Numbered from the stretch's first letter, positions 1 to 8,753 are shown. The stretch is 32,000 bases of DNA from Sinorhizobium meliloti (GCF_017876815.1 NZ_JAGIOS010000001.1:3150001-3182000), one strand, 5' to 3'. Numbers and translations: made by a program. The notes: generated by a model from the sequence alone, not told the origin.

Positions 1-677
1 GTGAAATTCTCGGCTTCGTCGGCGCCTCCGGTACCGGCAAGTCCGTACTGATGCGCACGGTCCTTCGGCTTCTGCCGAAGCGCTCCGGCACGATCGAGAT
101 TCTTGGCGCCGACTACGACAGCATGGGCGAGGCCGAGCGCATCGCACTCGATATGCGCCTCGGCGTGCTGTTCCAGCATGGCGCGCTTTTCTCCGCCCTG
201 ACGGTGCGTGAGAACATCCAGGTGCCGATGCGCGAATATCTCGATCTGCCGCAAGACCTGATGGACGAGCTCGCGCGCCTGAAAATCGAACTGGTCGGCC
301 TCGCACCGGAGGCCGCGGAGAAATACCCTTCGGAGCTTTCCGGCGGCATGATCAAGCGCGCGGCGCTTGCGCGCGCGCTCGCGCTCGATCCCGACCTCGT
401 CTTTCTCGATGAGCCGACGTCCGGCCTCGATCCGATCGGTGCTGCGGAGTTCGACGAGTTGATCGCCAAGCTGCGGGACACGCTTGGATTGACCGTGTAT
501 ATGGTGACGCACGATCTGGACAGCCTGTTCTCGGTCTGTGACCGGATCGCGGTGCTCGGCAAGAAGCGCGTTCTCGTCGAAGGCACCATCGAGGATATGC
601 TCGCCTGCGACGAGCCCTGGGTGAAGTCGTATTTCCGGGGCAAGCGCGCAAGGGCAATCGTGCGCGAGCAGGATTGA
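1..677 (+). CDS. ABC transporter ATP-binding protein, MlaF-like (5' end cut by window edge)
   Basis: Frame 3 is open from nt 3. The translation EILGFVGASGTGKSVL gives a Walker A motif at about nt 18-41, upstream of the track's ATG at 51. It also has an LSGGMIKRAALARAL signature, an LVFLDEPTSGLD Walker B and a VTHD H-loop. Stop at 675-677. Confidence 0.9.
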   Translation, partial: EILGFVGASGTGKSVLMRTVLRLLPKRSGTIEILGADYDSMGEAERIALDMRLGVLFQHGALFSALTVRENIQVPMREYLDLPQDLMDELARLKIELVGLAPEAAEKYPSELSGGMIKRAALARALALDPDLVFLDEPTSGLDPIGAAEFDELIAKLRDTLGLTVYMVTHDLDSLFSVCDRIAVLGKKRVLVEGTIEDMLACDEPWVKSYFRGKRARAIVREQD

Positions 678-767
678 GCCGGGAATGCGCAGGCGGGGGA
701 GCTACGGCAAGCCTGCTCGCAGAAGTACATGAACAGGCGGCAAGGGCCGCAAAGGTAGGTAATGCCG

Positions 768-2138
768 ATGGAAACTAAAGCGAATTATGCCATTGTCGGC
801 TTCTTCACCGTCCTGGTCATCGCCGCGGCCTTCGGCTTCGTCTACTGGATGTCGCAATATGGCCGGACCGGCCAGATGGTCGAACTCGTCGTCAACATTC
901 CCGGATCGGCCAATGGTCTGTCGGTGGGCTCACCGGTGCGCTTCAACGGGATCAACGTCGGCAGCGTGCGTAATCTTGCGATCGACGCCAACGATCCTCG
1001 CTATTCGATTGCGATCACCGAAGTCTCGGCCGATGCCCCGGTCATGAAATCCACGACGGCGACGCTCGAGGTGCAAGGGCTGACGGGAGCGGCCTATATC
1101 GAGCTCAGCGGCGGGCGCAAGGGGGACGAAAACATCCTCAAGACCGCGCTGGAAAAGGGCACCCAGGCGCATATCCTTGCCGATCAGTCGAGCGTCACCA
1201 GCCTGCTGGCGACCGCGGACCAGATCCTCGACCGAGCGAATTCGGCGATCACGGATATCCAAAGCTTCGTCACCGACGTCCGTGGCCCGCTGACGTCAAC
1301 CATCGGCAATGCGGAGCGCTTTTCCAAGGCGCTCGCGGACAATTCCGGTGCGATCGACCAGTTCCTGAAAAGCGTCGAACAACTGTCGGGCTCCGTCAAT
1401 GCAGCATCGAAGAAGCTCGACGATACGCTTGCGAGTGCCGACAGGCTGATCAAGTCGGTCGACCCGAAGAAGATAGACAACATCGTCAGCAATGCCGAGC
1501 AGGTGAGCAACAATCTGAAGGATGCTTCGGGCGGGGTATCGGAAGCGATCGCCGGATTCCGGCGTACGGTGGAAACCTACGATCAGTTCGGCAAGAGCGC
1601 GCAGGAGACGCTGAAGCGGGTCGACACGCTGGTGGCCGCCGTCGACGCGCAGAAGGTCGGGCTGGTCGTCAACGACATCACGGCCGCGAGTGCGGACGCC
1701 CGCAAGGTCGCCGCACAGGTTTCGGACTTTGCCGAAAAGATTTCCGCCCGGCAGGATGATATCGATCAGACGATCACCGATTTCACGCAAATGTCCAACA
1801 AGCTGAATGCGGCATCGAACCGGGTCGACAGCATCCTGGTGAAGATCGACGGCTTCCTCGGCGACGCGGATGCTCCGTCGCTTTCTGCGCAGGCACGCGA
1901 AACGCTCGAGTCCTTCCGGCGGGTGGCGGAAAACCTGAATGCGCAACTGGGCCCGATCGCGGAAAATCTCAAGCGTTTCTCCAATTCGGGACTGCGGGAC
2001 GTGGAGGCGCTCGTCGGCGACACGCGCCGCACGGTTCAAAGCCTGCAGAATACGATTTCCGATTTCGATAAAAATCCGCAACGCCTTTTGTTCGGCGGCG
2101 AAACGGTTAAGCAATATGATGGCCGCACGCGGCGGTGA
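768..2138 (+). CDS. MCE/MlaD-family protein with a long C-terminal helical extension
   Basis: The N-terminus METKANYAIVGFFTVLVIAAAFGFVYW is the typical MlaD membrane anchor, followed by an MCE fold motif (GLSVGSPVRFNGINVGSV). The remaining roughly 330 aa are Ala/Ser/Asp/Leu-rich helical repeats. The start could instead be the ATG at 762, two codons upstream. Confidence 0.85.
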   Translation: METKANYAIVGFFTVLVIAAAFGFVYWMSQYGRTGQMVELVVNIPGSANGLSVGSPVRFNGINVGSVRNLAIDANDPRYSIAITEVSADAPVMKSTTATLEVQGLTGAAYIELSGGRKGDENILKTALEKGTQAHILADQSSVTSLLATADQILDRANSAITDIQSFVTDVRGPLTSTIGNAERFSKALADNSGAIDQFLKSVEQLSGSVNAASKKLDDTLASADRLIKSVDPKKIDNIVSNAEQVSNNLKDASGGVSEAIAGFRRTVETYDQFGKSAQETLKRVDTLVAAVDAQKVGLVVNDITAASADARKVAAQVSDFAEKISARQDDIDQTITDFTQMSNKLNAASNRVDSILVKIDGFLGDADAPSLSAQARETLESFRRVAENLNAQLGPIAENLKRFSNSGLRDVEALVGDTRRTVQSLQNTISDFDKNPQRLLFGGETVKQYDGRTRR

Positions 2139-2219
2139 TTCGTTTAGCGAGGGTCGCGGGCAGGTTGCGTTGAGGGCGGGGAGCTGAACGGCGCCGCGTT
2201 GTTAGGGGATATTTGGCGT

Positions 2220-2834
2220 ATGGGTTTTCCGGGTCTGGTAGGTTTTCGTGGCGCGGCGGCGTCCCGGTCTGCGGTGGTCCTTGCATTGGCGGCGATACTG
2301 GCAGGGTGCGGCTCGCGCCAGGCGGCGAACGACACGTTCAGCCTGGCGTCCGTTCCTGCCGTGGAGCGTCCGGGGGCTACAAACCGCCAGCTTCTCGTTC
2401 CGGAACCGACGGCGCTGAAGACCCTGGGCAGCGACCAGATCGTGGTTCGCCTTTCGAGATCGGAACTGCAATATCTCGCCAGAGCCCAATGGGGAGACAG
2501 TCTGCCGCGCATGGTGCAGGACAGGCTCGTCCAGACCTTCGACAACACAGGCAGGATTCGCGTCGGCAAACCCGGCCAAGGGCTCGCCATCGATTATCAA
2601 TTGATAACCGAGCTCAGAGCCTTCGAAATATCTACCGATGGAGCGGCAACGGCGGTCGTCGAGATATTCGCCAAGATACTGGATGACCGGAACGGCACCG
2701 TCCGCAAACAGCAGGCCTTCCGCGCCGTCGTGCCCGTGCGAGGCGCCGGCAATCCCGCTTTCGTCGCCGCGCTCGATGCCGCGTTCGCCCGGGTCGCGGC
2801 CGACATCGTGGGCTGGACGCTCAGCTCCATCTGA
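2220..2834 (+). CDS. ABC-type transport auxiliary lipoprotein (DUF330, PqiC/YmbA-like)
   Basis: Signal peptide with lipobox AAILAGC. It sits directly downstream of the MCE gene and its size and sequence style match the family. The start is the ATG at 2220 (AGGGGA lies 11 nt upstream) or the TTG at 2199. Confidence 0.75.
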   Translation: MGFPGLVGFRGAAASRSAVVLALAAILAGCGSRQAANDTFSLASVPAVERPGATNRQLLVPEPTALKTLGSDQIVVRLSRSELQYLARAQWGDSLPRMVQDRLVQTFDNTGRIRVGKPGQGLAIDYQLITELRAFEISTDGAATAVVEIFAKILDDRNGTVRKQQAFRAVVPVRGAGNPAFVAALDAAFARVAADIVGWTLSSI

Positions 2835-2879
2835 AGGAAGTCCTCCAGGAGCTATCGCCCCTGTCCCGCCTTGATATTT

Positions 2880-2895
2880 GTATCTTATAAGATAC
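2880..2895. promoter_or_regulatory. Perfect 16-bp palindrome GTATCTTATAAGATAC just upstream of the toxin start; candidate antitoxin operator
   Basis: The palindrome is read directly from the sequence. It lies 8 nt before the ATG at 2903, with TTGATA at 2871-2876 upstream. TA operons are typically autoregulated through such palindromes. Confidence 0.4.
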
Positions 2896-2902
2896 GTTTC
2901 AG

Positions 2903-3207
2903 ATGATTAGAATGCTGCAGTCGGCCACGTTCAGGAAGTGGCATTCGAAACTTCGGGATGAACGGGCCAAAGCGGCGATAGCGAGGCGCTTGCTGCGTCT
3001 GGCGCAAGTAAATCCCGGCGACGTCTCGCCGGTGGGAGAAGGTATCAGTGAACTGCGCATTCATCACGGCCCTGGGTATCGGGTTTATTTCCAGAAGCGC
3101 GGGGAACTGATCATGCTGCTCTTGTGTGCTGGGGACAGGGCACACAGGATAGAGACATCGGAACGGCGAAAGAGATCGCCGCCCAATGGAGTGATATCGA
3201 TGTCTGA
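2903..3207 (+). pseudogene. Addiction-module killer protein (RelE/HigB-like, COG3657 type), apparently frameshifted near nt 3134-3140
   Basis: The N-terminal 78 codons (MIRMLQSATFRKW...GYRVYFQKRGELIMLLLCAGD) match the family. The expected C-terminus (GTQDRDIGTAKEIAAQWSDIDV, stop at 3205-3207) is present only in the +2 frame from about nt 3139. Confidence 0.6.
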
Positions 3208-3493
3208 AAAGTTTACTGAGTTTGACGTGTCAGATCTGCTCACCAGCGAACGCGCCATTGAGGCTTTTCTGACCGAGGCAATGGAAACGGGGGATGCGCA
3301 ACATATCGCTTCCGCCCTCGGTGCGGTTGCTCGCGTCAAAGGGATGACCAAGATCGCCCGCGAGACTGGCCTTGCTCGTGAACACCTGTATCGCTCGCTT
3401 AGCGAGAACGGGAATCCGACGCTCGAGACAACGCTTGCCGTGCTCAAAACCTTCGGTTTTCACCTGATGCCGAAACACGATGCGGCCGTCTGA
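3200..3493 (+). CDS. Addiction-module antidote protein (HigA-like, XRE-type HTH)
   Basis: MSEKFTEFDVSDLLTSERAIEAFL...MTKIARETGLAREHLYRSLSENGNPTLETTLAVLKTFGF is typical of the COG3636 antitoxin family. The ATG at 3200 overlaps the predicted intact toxin stop in the ATGTCTGA arrangement. Confidence 0.8.
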   Translation: MSEKFTEFDVSDLLTSERAIEAFLTEAMETGDAQHIASALGAVARVKGMTKIARETGLAREHLYRSLSENGNPTLETTLAVLKTFGFHLMPKHDAAV

Positions 3494-3568
3494 CGCTGGA
3501 TGAAAGCCTGAACTGGATTTATTGTTCCTGATCTGAGATCAGCCGCTTTTCTGCAGGTGAAAGGCTGT

Positions 3569-3847
3569 TCAACCCCTCCCGACCTTCGCGAGTTCGATGC
3601 GATTGACCACCTCGGCGACCCCTTCGACCGATCGGGCCGCCTCTTCCGCGCGGGCGATCTCCTCTTCGGTCGCCACCGTACCTGCGAGCAGGATCGTACT
3701 GCCCGAGCCGGTCACCGTGACCTCTATGGCGTCGAGGCCGGGCGCGACCGCAAGACAATGAGCGACTCGGCGCTCGAGTTCGGCCGGATCTTCGGCAGGC
3801 AGCCTCTCGGGGTCACTGCCGAAGAATGTCCGTTTCTTGAAGACCAT
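3569..3847 (-). CDS. BON domain-containing small protein
   Basis: The last 92 codons of the 3569..4990 track ORF start at the ATG at 3847. The pattern IEVTVTGSGSTILLAGTVATEEEIARAEEAARSVEGVAEVVNRIEL is a BON-domain signature. The rest of that long ORF is an out-of-frame overlap of hemF. Confidence 0.7.
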   Translation of the reverse strand: MVFKKRTFFGSDPERLPAEDPAELERRVAHCLAVAPGLDAIEVTVTGSGSTILLAGTVATEEEIARAEEAARSVEGVAEVVNRIELAKVGRG

Positions 3848-3930
3848 GCGTCGCTCCTTCTCTCCTGGAGAGGAAACGCCGAGGCGGCGCATTTGTTCGC
3901 CGTCTCTAGGGTGGCCGAATAAGCTGCGAT

Positions 3931-4842
3931 TCACGGCCAGCGTACGAGTGGGGGCAGGGAGGAGAGAATCGACTCCACATTGCCACCGGTCTTGAGACCG
4001 AAGATCGTGCCACGGTCGTAAAGAAGGTTGAACTCGACGTACCGGCCACGGCGCACGAGCTGCTCGTTTCGATCCTGCTCGGTCCAGGGCTTGTTGAAAT
4101 TCGTCCGGACGATTCTCGGATAGACGAGTGCGAAGGCCTTGCCGACATCGCGCGTGAAGGCGAAATCCGCATCCCAGCCGCCGAGCTCCTCCGCAGAACG
4201 CAGCCAATCGTAGAAAATCCCGCCGGTGCCGCGCGGCTCGTTCCGGTGCTTCAGGTAGAAATACTCGTCGCACCACTGCTTGAATTTTGCATGATCGGCG
4301 ACGGGATGCCGATTGCAGGCGATCTCCATGGCACGATGAAAGAGCACGGTATCCGGATCGGTCATGATGCGCCGGCGGTCGAGGACCGGCGTGAGGTCCG
4401 CACCGCCGCCGAACCAGTTGCTGGTGGTCACGACCATGCGCGTGTTCATGTGCACGGCGGGGACATTGGGGTTGACCGGGTGGGCGATCAGCGAAATGCC
4501 CGATGCCCAGAAGCGCGGATCTTCGCTCGCGCCGGGTATCTGTTCGCGGAACTCCGGCGAGAACTCGCCGAAGACGGTGGAGGTGTGAACCCCCACTTTC
4601 TCGAAGACGCGTCCTTCCATCATGGACATGCGACCGCCGCCGCCGGCGCCTTCCTCGCGCAGCCAGTCCTTGGCGACGAACCGGCCTGCCGGACGATCCG
4701 ACAGCGGACCCGTCAATTCGTCCTCTATCGCCTCGAAGGCGGCGCAGATCGTGTCGCGAAGGCTTTCGAACCAAGCCTTTGCCGCTGCCTTCTTGTCTTC
4801 GATGTCGGCCGGCAGGCCCTGTGGCAGTTGCGGTCTTTCCAT
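3931..4842 (-). CDS. hemF: Oxygen-dependent coproporphyrinogen III oxidase
   Basis: The translation matches HemF along its full length ([78 protein letters not shown]). The ATG at 4842 has GGAAG 8 nt upstream. A GTG at 4851 is an alternative start. Confidence 0.93.
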
Positions 4843-5043
4843 GGGATGCACTTCCGTTCGCGGATTTCCCTACTGAAAACCGCCGATTCGATGTCGCCGC
4901 CACAGTCCATATTTTCAGCTGCTTGGCAACGGTGCCACGGCGACAGCGACAGTCTACCGCAATCAAGGCCTCGGCGGAGGATCGGGACAAATGACTGGCA
5001 ATAATGCGGCGCTCATCCTATCTTTTCGCCAGAGGTATGGCCC

Positions 5044-5304
5044 ATGGCGAAGATACCCCCAGGACCGCCGCTGGACGGCTTGCGGCGCCAGATCGCCCGG
5101 CATCGCCGGGAGCATCCCACACGAAGAGACGGGCTTTTCGTGCGCGAGACGTTTCGGCTCGAGCGCGACGCCGCGCGGGCCAAGGCGCGGGAGTGGTTCG
5201 ATACCTGGCCAAAGGCCGCCTATTGGACCGAAGTCGAGAGCTGGCGCCAGCTCGAAGGCGGCGAAATCGAGTTCACGATGCGCCGTCTCCCGAGCGCAGA
5301 CTGA
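5044..5304 (+). CDS. Small hypothetical protein (86 aa)
   Basis: Third-position GC is high, as in neighbouring real genes, and AGAGG lies about 8 nt upstream of the ATG. I recognise no domain. Confidence 0.5.
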   Translation: MAKIPPGPPLDGLRRQIARHRREHPTRRDGLFVRETFRLERDAARAKAREWFDTWPKAAYWTEVESWRQLEGGEIEFTMRRLPSAD

Positions 5305-5444
5305 TTGCGCCCAATCCCACCGCTGGCACCGACAGGCAAGAAAAATCTTCGGCGATCGATAATAGCGTGGCCAAGGTCATGGCGGCGCGCTAAACCATTT
5401 GGTGTCTCCCTCTCGCCATTGCGCGTACTCCCGAACCTGCCCCG

Positions 5445-6632
5445 ATGCCCGTTCTCCGTTCCATCATCGTGCTCTCCATCACTCAGATCATCGCTTGGGG
5501 AGCGATGTTCATGTTCGTCTCGGTGACGGCGGCCGGAATGGCGGACGATCTTCTCCTGAGGCCTTCGGCAATCTATCTCGGCCCGACCGTCATGCTGGTC
5601 GCGATGGCCTTCTGCTCACCGTTGCTTGCGCCGGTCTACGCGCGCCACGGGGCGCGGCTCGTGCTCGCTTTCGGTTCGGCAGCCGCGGCTCCGGGGCTGT
5701 GGTTGCTGGCCGGCGCCGGAGGTCCGGTTTCCTATTTTGCGGCCTGGGGCATTCTTGGTCTGGCCGGGGCCGCAGCACTCACGACTTCGGCTCAGGTGTT
5801 CCTGACAGAGATCGCGGGCGAGGGCGCGCGTCGTGCCATCGGGGCGCAGATGCTCGCCATGGCGCTCGCGCCCACGATCGCCTGGCCGGTCACGACTTTC
5901 TGCGAGGCGGCTCTCGGCTGGCGCGGCACATTCGTCCTCTATGGCGCGGTCATGCTCCTCGTCTGCGCGCCCTTGCATTTTTTCGCCTTGCCCAGACGCG
6001 AGCCGCCGAAACGCAATCCCCGGGTCCCCAATTCGAATCAGTCTGCGTCGCCGGCTGCTGTTCGTCGCCAGTGGCGCGTCGTTGCCCTGATCACGGCGGC
6101 GGTCGCGCTCAACGGCTTTGTTACCTGGGGCTTTCAGCTCGTGGTGATCGATCTTTTCCGCAGCTTTGCCGTGCCCGGCTACCTGGCGGTCGGCTTCGGA
6201 TCGGCCATCGGTTTCATCCAGCTCTCGGCGCGGCTTTTCGATTTCCTCGGCGGCAATCGCTGGGACGGGTTGACGACGGGCTTGGTAGCCGCGGCGATCA
6301 TGCCGCCGGCACTGCTGGCGCTCGCGCTTGGCGAAGGGGCGGAATGGTCGATCATTCTCTTCCTCGTGCTCTATGGCCTTTCAAGCGGCGCCATGTCCGT
6401 CAGCCGGGCGACGATGCCGCTCGTCTTCTTTTCCTCTGCGGAATATGGGGCGGTGGTGGCGCGCCTCGGCCTGCCGCTCAACCTCGCTTTCGCGGCGGCC
6501 CCGCCGTTCTTCTCCTTCCTGCTTGGCGAGGCGGGCAACAGGTGGACGCTGGCGTTCGCGCTTCTCTGCTCCCTCGGTGCATTGGCCAGCATGGCTCTGC
6601 TCTCCCGTATGAGGCCTGCGAAGCCGGGTTAG
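5445..6632 (+). CDS. MFS transporter
   Basis: 395 aa with about 12 hydrophobic segments and a central charged loop ([17 protein letters not shown]), the typical MFS architecture. Confidence 0.8.
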   Translation: MPVLRSIIVLSITQIIAWGAMFMFVSVTAAGMADDLLLRPSAIYLGPTVMLVAMAFCSPLLAPVYARHGARLVLAFGSAAAAPGLWLLAGAGGPVSYFAAWGILGLAGAAALTTSAQVFLTEIAGEGARRAIGAQMLAMALAPTIAWPVTTFCEAALGWRGTFVLYGAVMLLVCAPLHFFALPRREPPKRNPRVPNSNQSASPAAVRRQWRVVALITAAVALNGFVTWGFQLVVIDLFRSFAVPGYLAVGFGSAIGFIQLSARLFDFLGGNRWDGLTTGLVAAAIMPPALLALALGEGAEWSIILFLVLYGLSSGAMSVSRATMPLVFFSSAEYGAVVARLGLPLNLAFAAAPPFFSFLLGEAGNRWTLAFALLCSLGALASMALLSRMRPAKPG

Positions 6633-7114
6633 CTCGCCTCATGCTCCGTCCCGTCGGCGGGATCGATGAGGCGCGGCCCCGTTCCTTCGGAGGCAAGAAC
6701 GTCCCATGGATTGCGCAAGGGACAGTCGCGCATCGACAGGCAACCGCAGCCGATGCAGCCTGTGAGCTGATCGCGCAGCGCCGTCAGGTTTGCGATCCGC
6801 TCATCGAGCTGCTGCCGCCAGGTCTTCGAGAGCCGTCCCCAGTCTTCGACCGTCAGCGGCCGGTCGTCGGGGAGCACCGACAGGGCCGACTGGATCTCGG
6901 CAAGCGGGATACCCGTACGCTGGGCAACCTTGATCACGGCCACCCGCCTCAGCACGGAACGCGGGTAGCGCCGCTGATTGCCCCGGCTGCGATTGCTGCG
7001 GATGAGCCCCTTGGCCTCGTAGAAATGAAGCGTCGACACCGCGAGGCCGCTGCGTTCGGCCACTTCGCCGACCGTCAGCTCGCGCTTGATATCATTGGGC
7101 TTGTCTTTTTTCAC
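6629..7114 (-). CDS. soxR: Redox-sensitive transcriptional activator SoxR (MerR family, 2Fe-2S)
   Basis: Has the [29 protein letters not shown] and the diagnostic cluster [18 protein letters not shown] chose the GTG at 7114 because the track's TTG at 7132 would lie inside the operator. The 3' end overlaps the MFS gene 3' end by 4 nt (convergent). Confidence 0.9.
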   Translation of the reverse strand: MKKDKPNDIKRELTVGEVAERSGLAVSTLHFYEAKGLIRSNRSRGNQRRYPRSVLRRVAVIKVAQRTGIPLAEIQSALSVLPDDRPLTVEDWGRLSKTWRQQLDERIANLTALRDQLTGCIGCGCLSMRDCPLRNPWDVLASEGTGPRLIDPADGTEHEAS

Positions 7115-7122
7115 GGCTGCTA

Positions 7123-7153
7123 TTGACCTCAACTATAGTTGAGGTTCTATAGC
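7123..7153 (+). promoter_or_regulatory. SoxR-box promoter: TTGACC -35, 19-bp spacer containing the palindrome ACCTCAACTATAGTTGAGGT (7126-7145), TATAGC -10
   Basis: The half-sites CCTCAA/TTGAGG with a 6-bp centre match the E. coli soxS operator (CCTCAAGTTAACTTGAGG). An overlong 19-bp spacer is the MerR-family hallmark. The site lies between divergent soxR and the FMN reductase gene. Confidence 0.8.
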
Positions 7154-7192
7154 ATGAGCTCCCTGCAACCGACAACATGGAGCCGACACAGC

Positions 7193-7765
7193 ATGACTGA
7201 GAAGATGACCCTTGCCTTGATCTACGGCAGCGCACGGCAGGGCCGTTTCTGCGATACGGTCGCCAGCTGGCTCATTCGTGAGCTCGAGACATCCGACGTG
7301 TTCAGCCTGACGATCATCGATCCCGTCAGAATGAAAAGCGCTCGCGGCGACAAATCCGCCGGACCAGCCGAGTGGATGGAACGGAAGGTCGCCGAAGCGG
7401 ACGCATTCATCGTCATCACTCCGGAATACAACCACGGCTACCCGGCGGCGCTGAAGGAGATGATCGATGCGGTCTATGAGCCCTGGCACGCAAAACCGGT
7501 CGCCTTCGTTTCCTATGGCGGCGCATCGGGCGGCATAAGGGCCGTCGAGCAATTGCGGCAGGTCTTCGGCGAATTGCATGCCGTCACCCTGCGCGACGGC
7601 ATCTCCTTCGCCAAGGCCTGGTCGAAGTTCGATGCGGCGGGAAATCTCTACAAACCGGAAGAGATGCGAGCGCCGCTGTTCCTGATGATCGACCGGCTGA
7701 CCTGGTGGGCGCGCACGCTGAAATACGCGCGCAAGGCGACCCCTTATAACGAGATCGCCGCATGA
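7193..7765 (+). CDS. NAD(P)H-dependent FMN reductase family oxidoreductase
   Basis: MTLALIYGSARQGRF...FIVITPEYNHGYPAALKEMIDAV...FVSYGGASGG matches the FMN_red family. The ATG at 7193 has GGAG 10 nt upstream and lies downstream of the predicted -10. The track start at 7139 falls inside the operator. Confidence 0.85.
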   Translation: MTEKMTLALIYGSARQGRFCDTVASWLIRELETSDVFSLTIIDPVRMKSARGDKSAGPAEWMERKVAEADAFIVITPEYNHGYPAALKEMIDAVYEPWHAKPVAFVSYGGASGGIRAVEQLRQVFGELHAVTLRDGISFAKAWSKFDAAGNLYKPEEMRAPLFLMIDRLTWWARTLKYARKATPYNEIAA

Positions 7766-7817
7766 GCGCCGTCAGGATCGCCGGACTCCCGTACCGTTGA
7801 TGGCCGCCCGTTTCGGC

Positions 7818-8279
7818 TCAGAAAGCACCGGTCTGCCGCAGCGCTTCGCCGGCGATCATGGCGGCTGCCATGGCGATGTTGAGCGAACGCTGGCCGGGCG
7901 CCATCGGTATGAGGATGCGCGCGTCGGCCCGCTCGTGGACGTGATCGGGAACCCCGGCGCTTTCCCTGCCGAAGAGAAGGACGTCGTCCGGCCGGAAGCT
8001 GAAGCGCGTGTAGGGAGCGGCCGCCTTGGTGGAGGCGAGCACGAGGCGTCTGCCGGTGCTCGACCGCCATGTTTCGAAACGCTCCCAGCTGTCGTGCCGC
8101 GTCATGGTTACCGCCGCGATATAGTCCATTCCCGCACGCTTGAGATTGCGGTCCGAAAGATCGAAACCGGCCGGCTCGATGATGTCGACCGAAAGACCGA
8201 GGCAGGCGGCGAGCCGCAGGATCGTTCCGGTATTGCCAGGAATGTCAGGCTGGTAGAGGGCGATGCGGAGGTCGTTCAT
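7818..8279 (-). CDS. trmL: tRNA (cytidine/uridine-2'-O-)-methyltransferase TrmL (SpoU/TrmH family)
   Basis: MNDLRIALYQPDIPGNTGTILRLAACLG...LLFGRESAGVP...IPMAPGQRSLNIAMAAAM are the SPOUT motifs. The length from the ATG at 8279 (153 aa) fits TrmL. Confidence 0.88.
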   Translation of the reverse strand: MNDLRIALYQPDIPGNTGTILRLAACLGLSVDIIEPAGFDLSDRNLKRAGMDYIAAVTMTRHDSWERFETWRSSTGRRLVLASTKAAAPYTRFSFRPDDVLLFGRESAGVPDHVHERADARILIPMAPGQRSLNIAMAAAMIAGEALRQTGAF

Positions 8280-8753
8280 GCGCTTGCCGAAAGATTGATC
8301 GTGGGAGTGATTGTGATGACCGTCTATGCCACCGATCGGCCTCACGATCCATGGTCGGGTGTGCTCCGACGCGGTTCATTCGGGGGCGCTGCTTTTGCCG
8401 CCGCTAATTTGTGCCGTATTGGCAACAGACCACCGGCCGGTGAAAAAATGGGCAAGAAAATGCCTGCGACAATCTGGCATGGCGGCGCGAATGAGGATAA
8501 AGCTCAGTCCTCTTCAACGCGAACCGAAGGAGGCATGCATGACTGTTCTGATGTTGACGCGCCTCCCACGAGTAACACGGCCTTTCCTGGCCTGACCGGT
8601 TCCGCGCCTCTGCTTCTTTCGACCGAGCGATGCGCGCTCCGGTTTATCCGGAGGTCATGGTCCGCTCGCGGGCGTCATTTCCGGGTTGCATTTTTCAAGA
8701 TAAAGAATGCGGGGCGACCCGCTTTCCTTCAAGATATCTGAAGGGGCTAGACA

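Noticed and set aside
2903-3493. The 196-aa ORF read as one genuine protein
   Set aside because: The N-terminal and C-terminal parts correspond to two different, normally separate families (killer and antidote). They are joined by about 21 codons that look out of frame. The conserved toxin tail is visible in another frame.
3528-3550. The hairpin CTGATC-TGA-GATCAG after the antitoxin gene as a terminator
   Set aside because: It has only a 6-bp AT-containing stem and a short interrupted T-run, which is too weak to call.
3569-4990. A 473-aa minus-strand ORF
   Set aside because: Only its last 92 codons (the BON protein) look real. The rest is an Arg/Pro/Gly-rich alternative frame overlapping the clearly genuine hemF.
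5399-7126. A 575-aa plus-strand ORF spanning the MFS and soxR regions
   Set aside because: It is out of frame with the MFS gene and antisense to soxR. Its Arg/Gly/Ala-rich composition is typical of spurious ORFs in high-GC DNA.
7797-8741. A 314-aa plus-strand ORF across trmL and its upstream region
   Set aside because: It is antisense to trmL for its first half and has no motifs. Only the possible 18-codon mini-ORF in a different frame was kept, as a low-interest finding.
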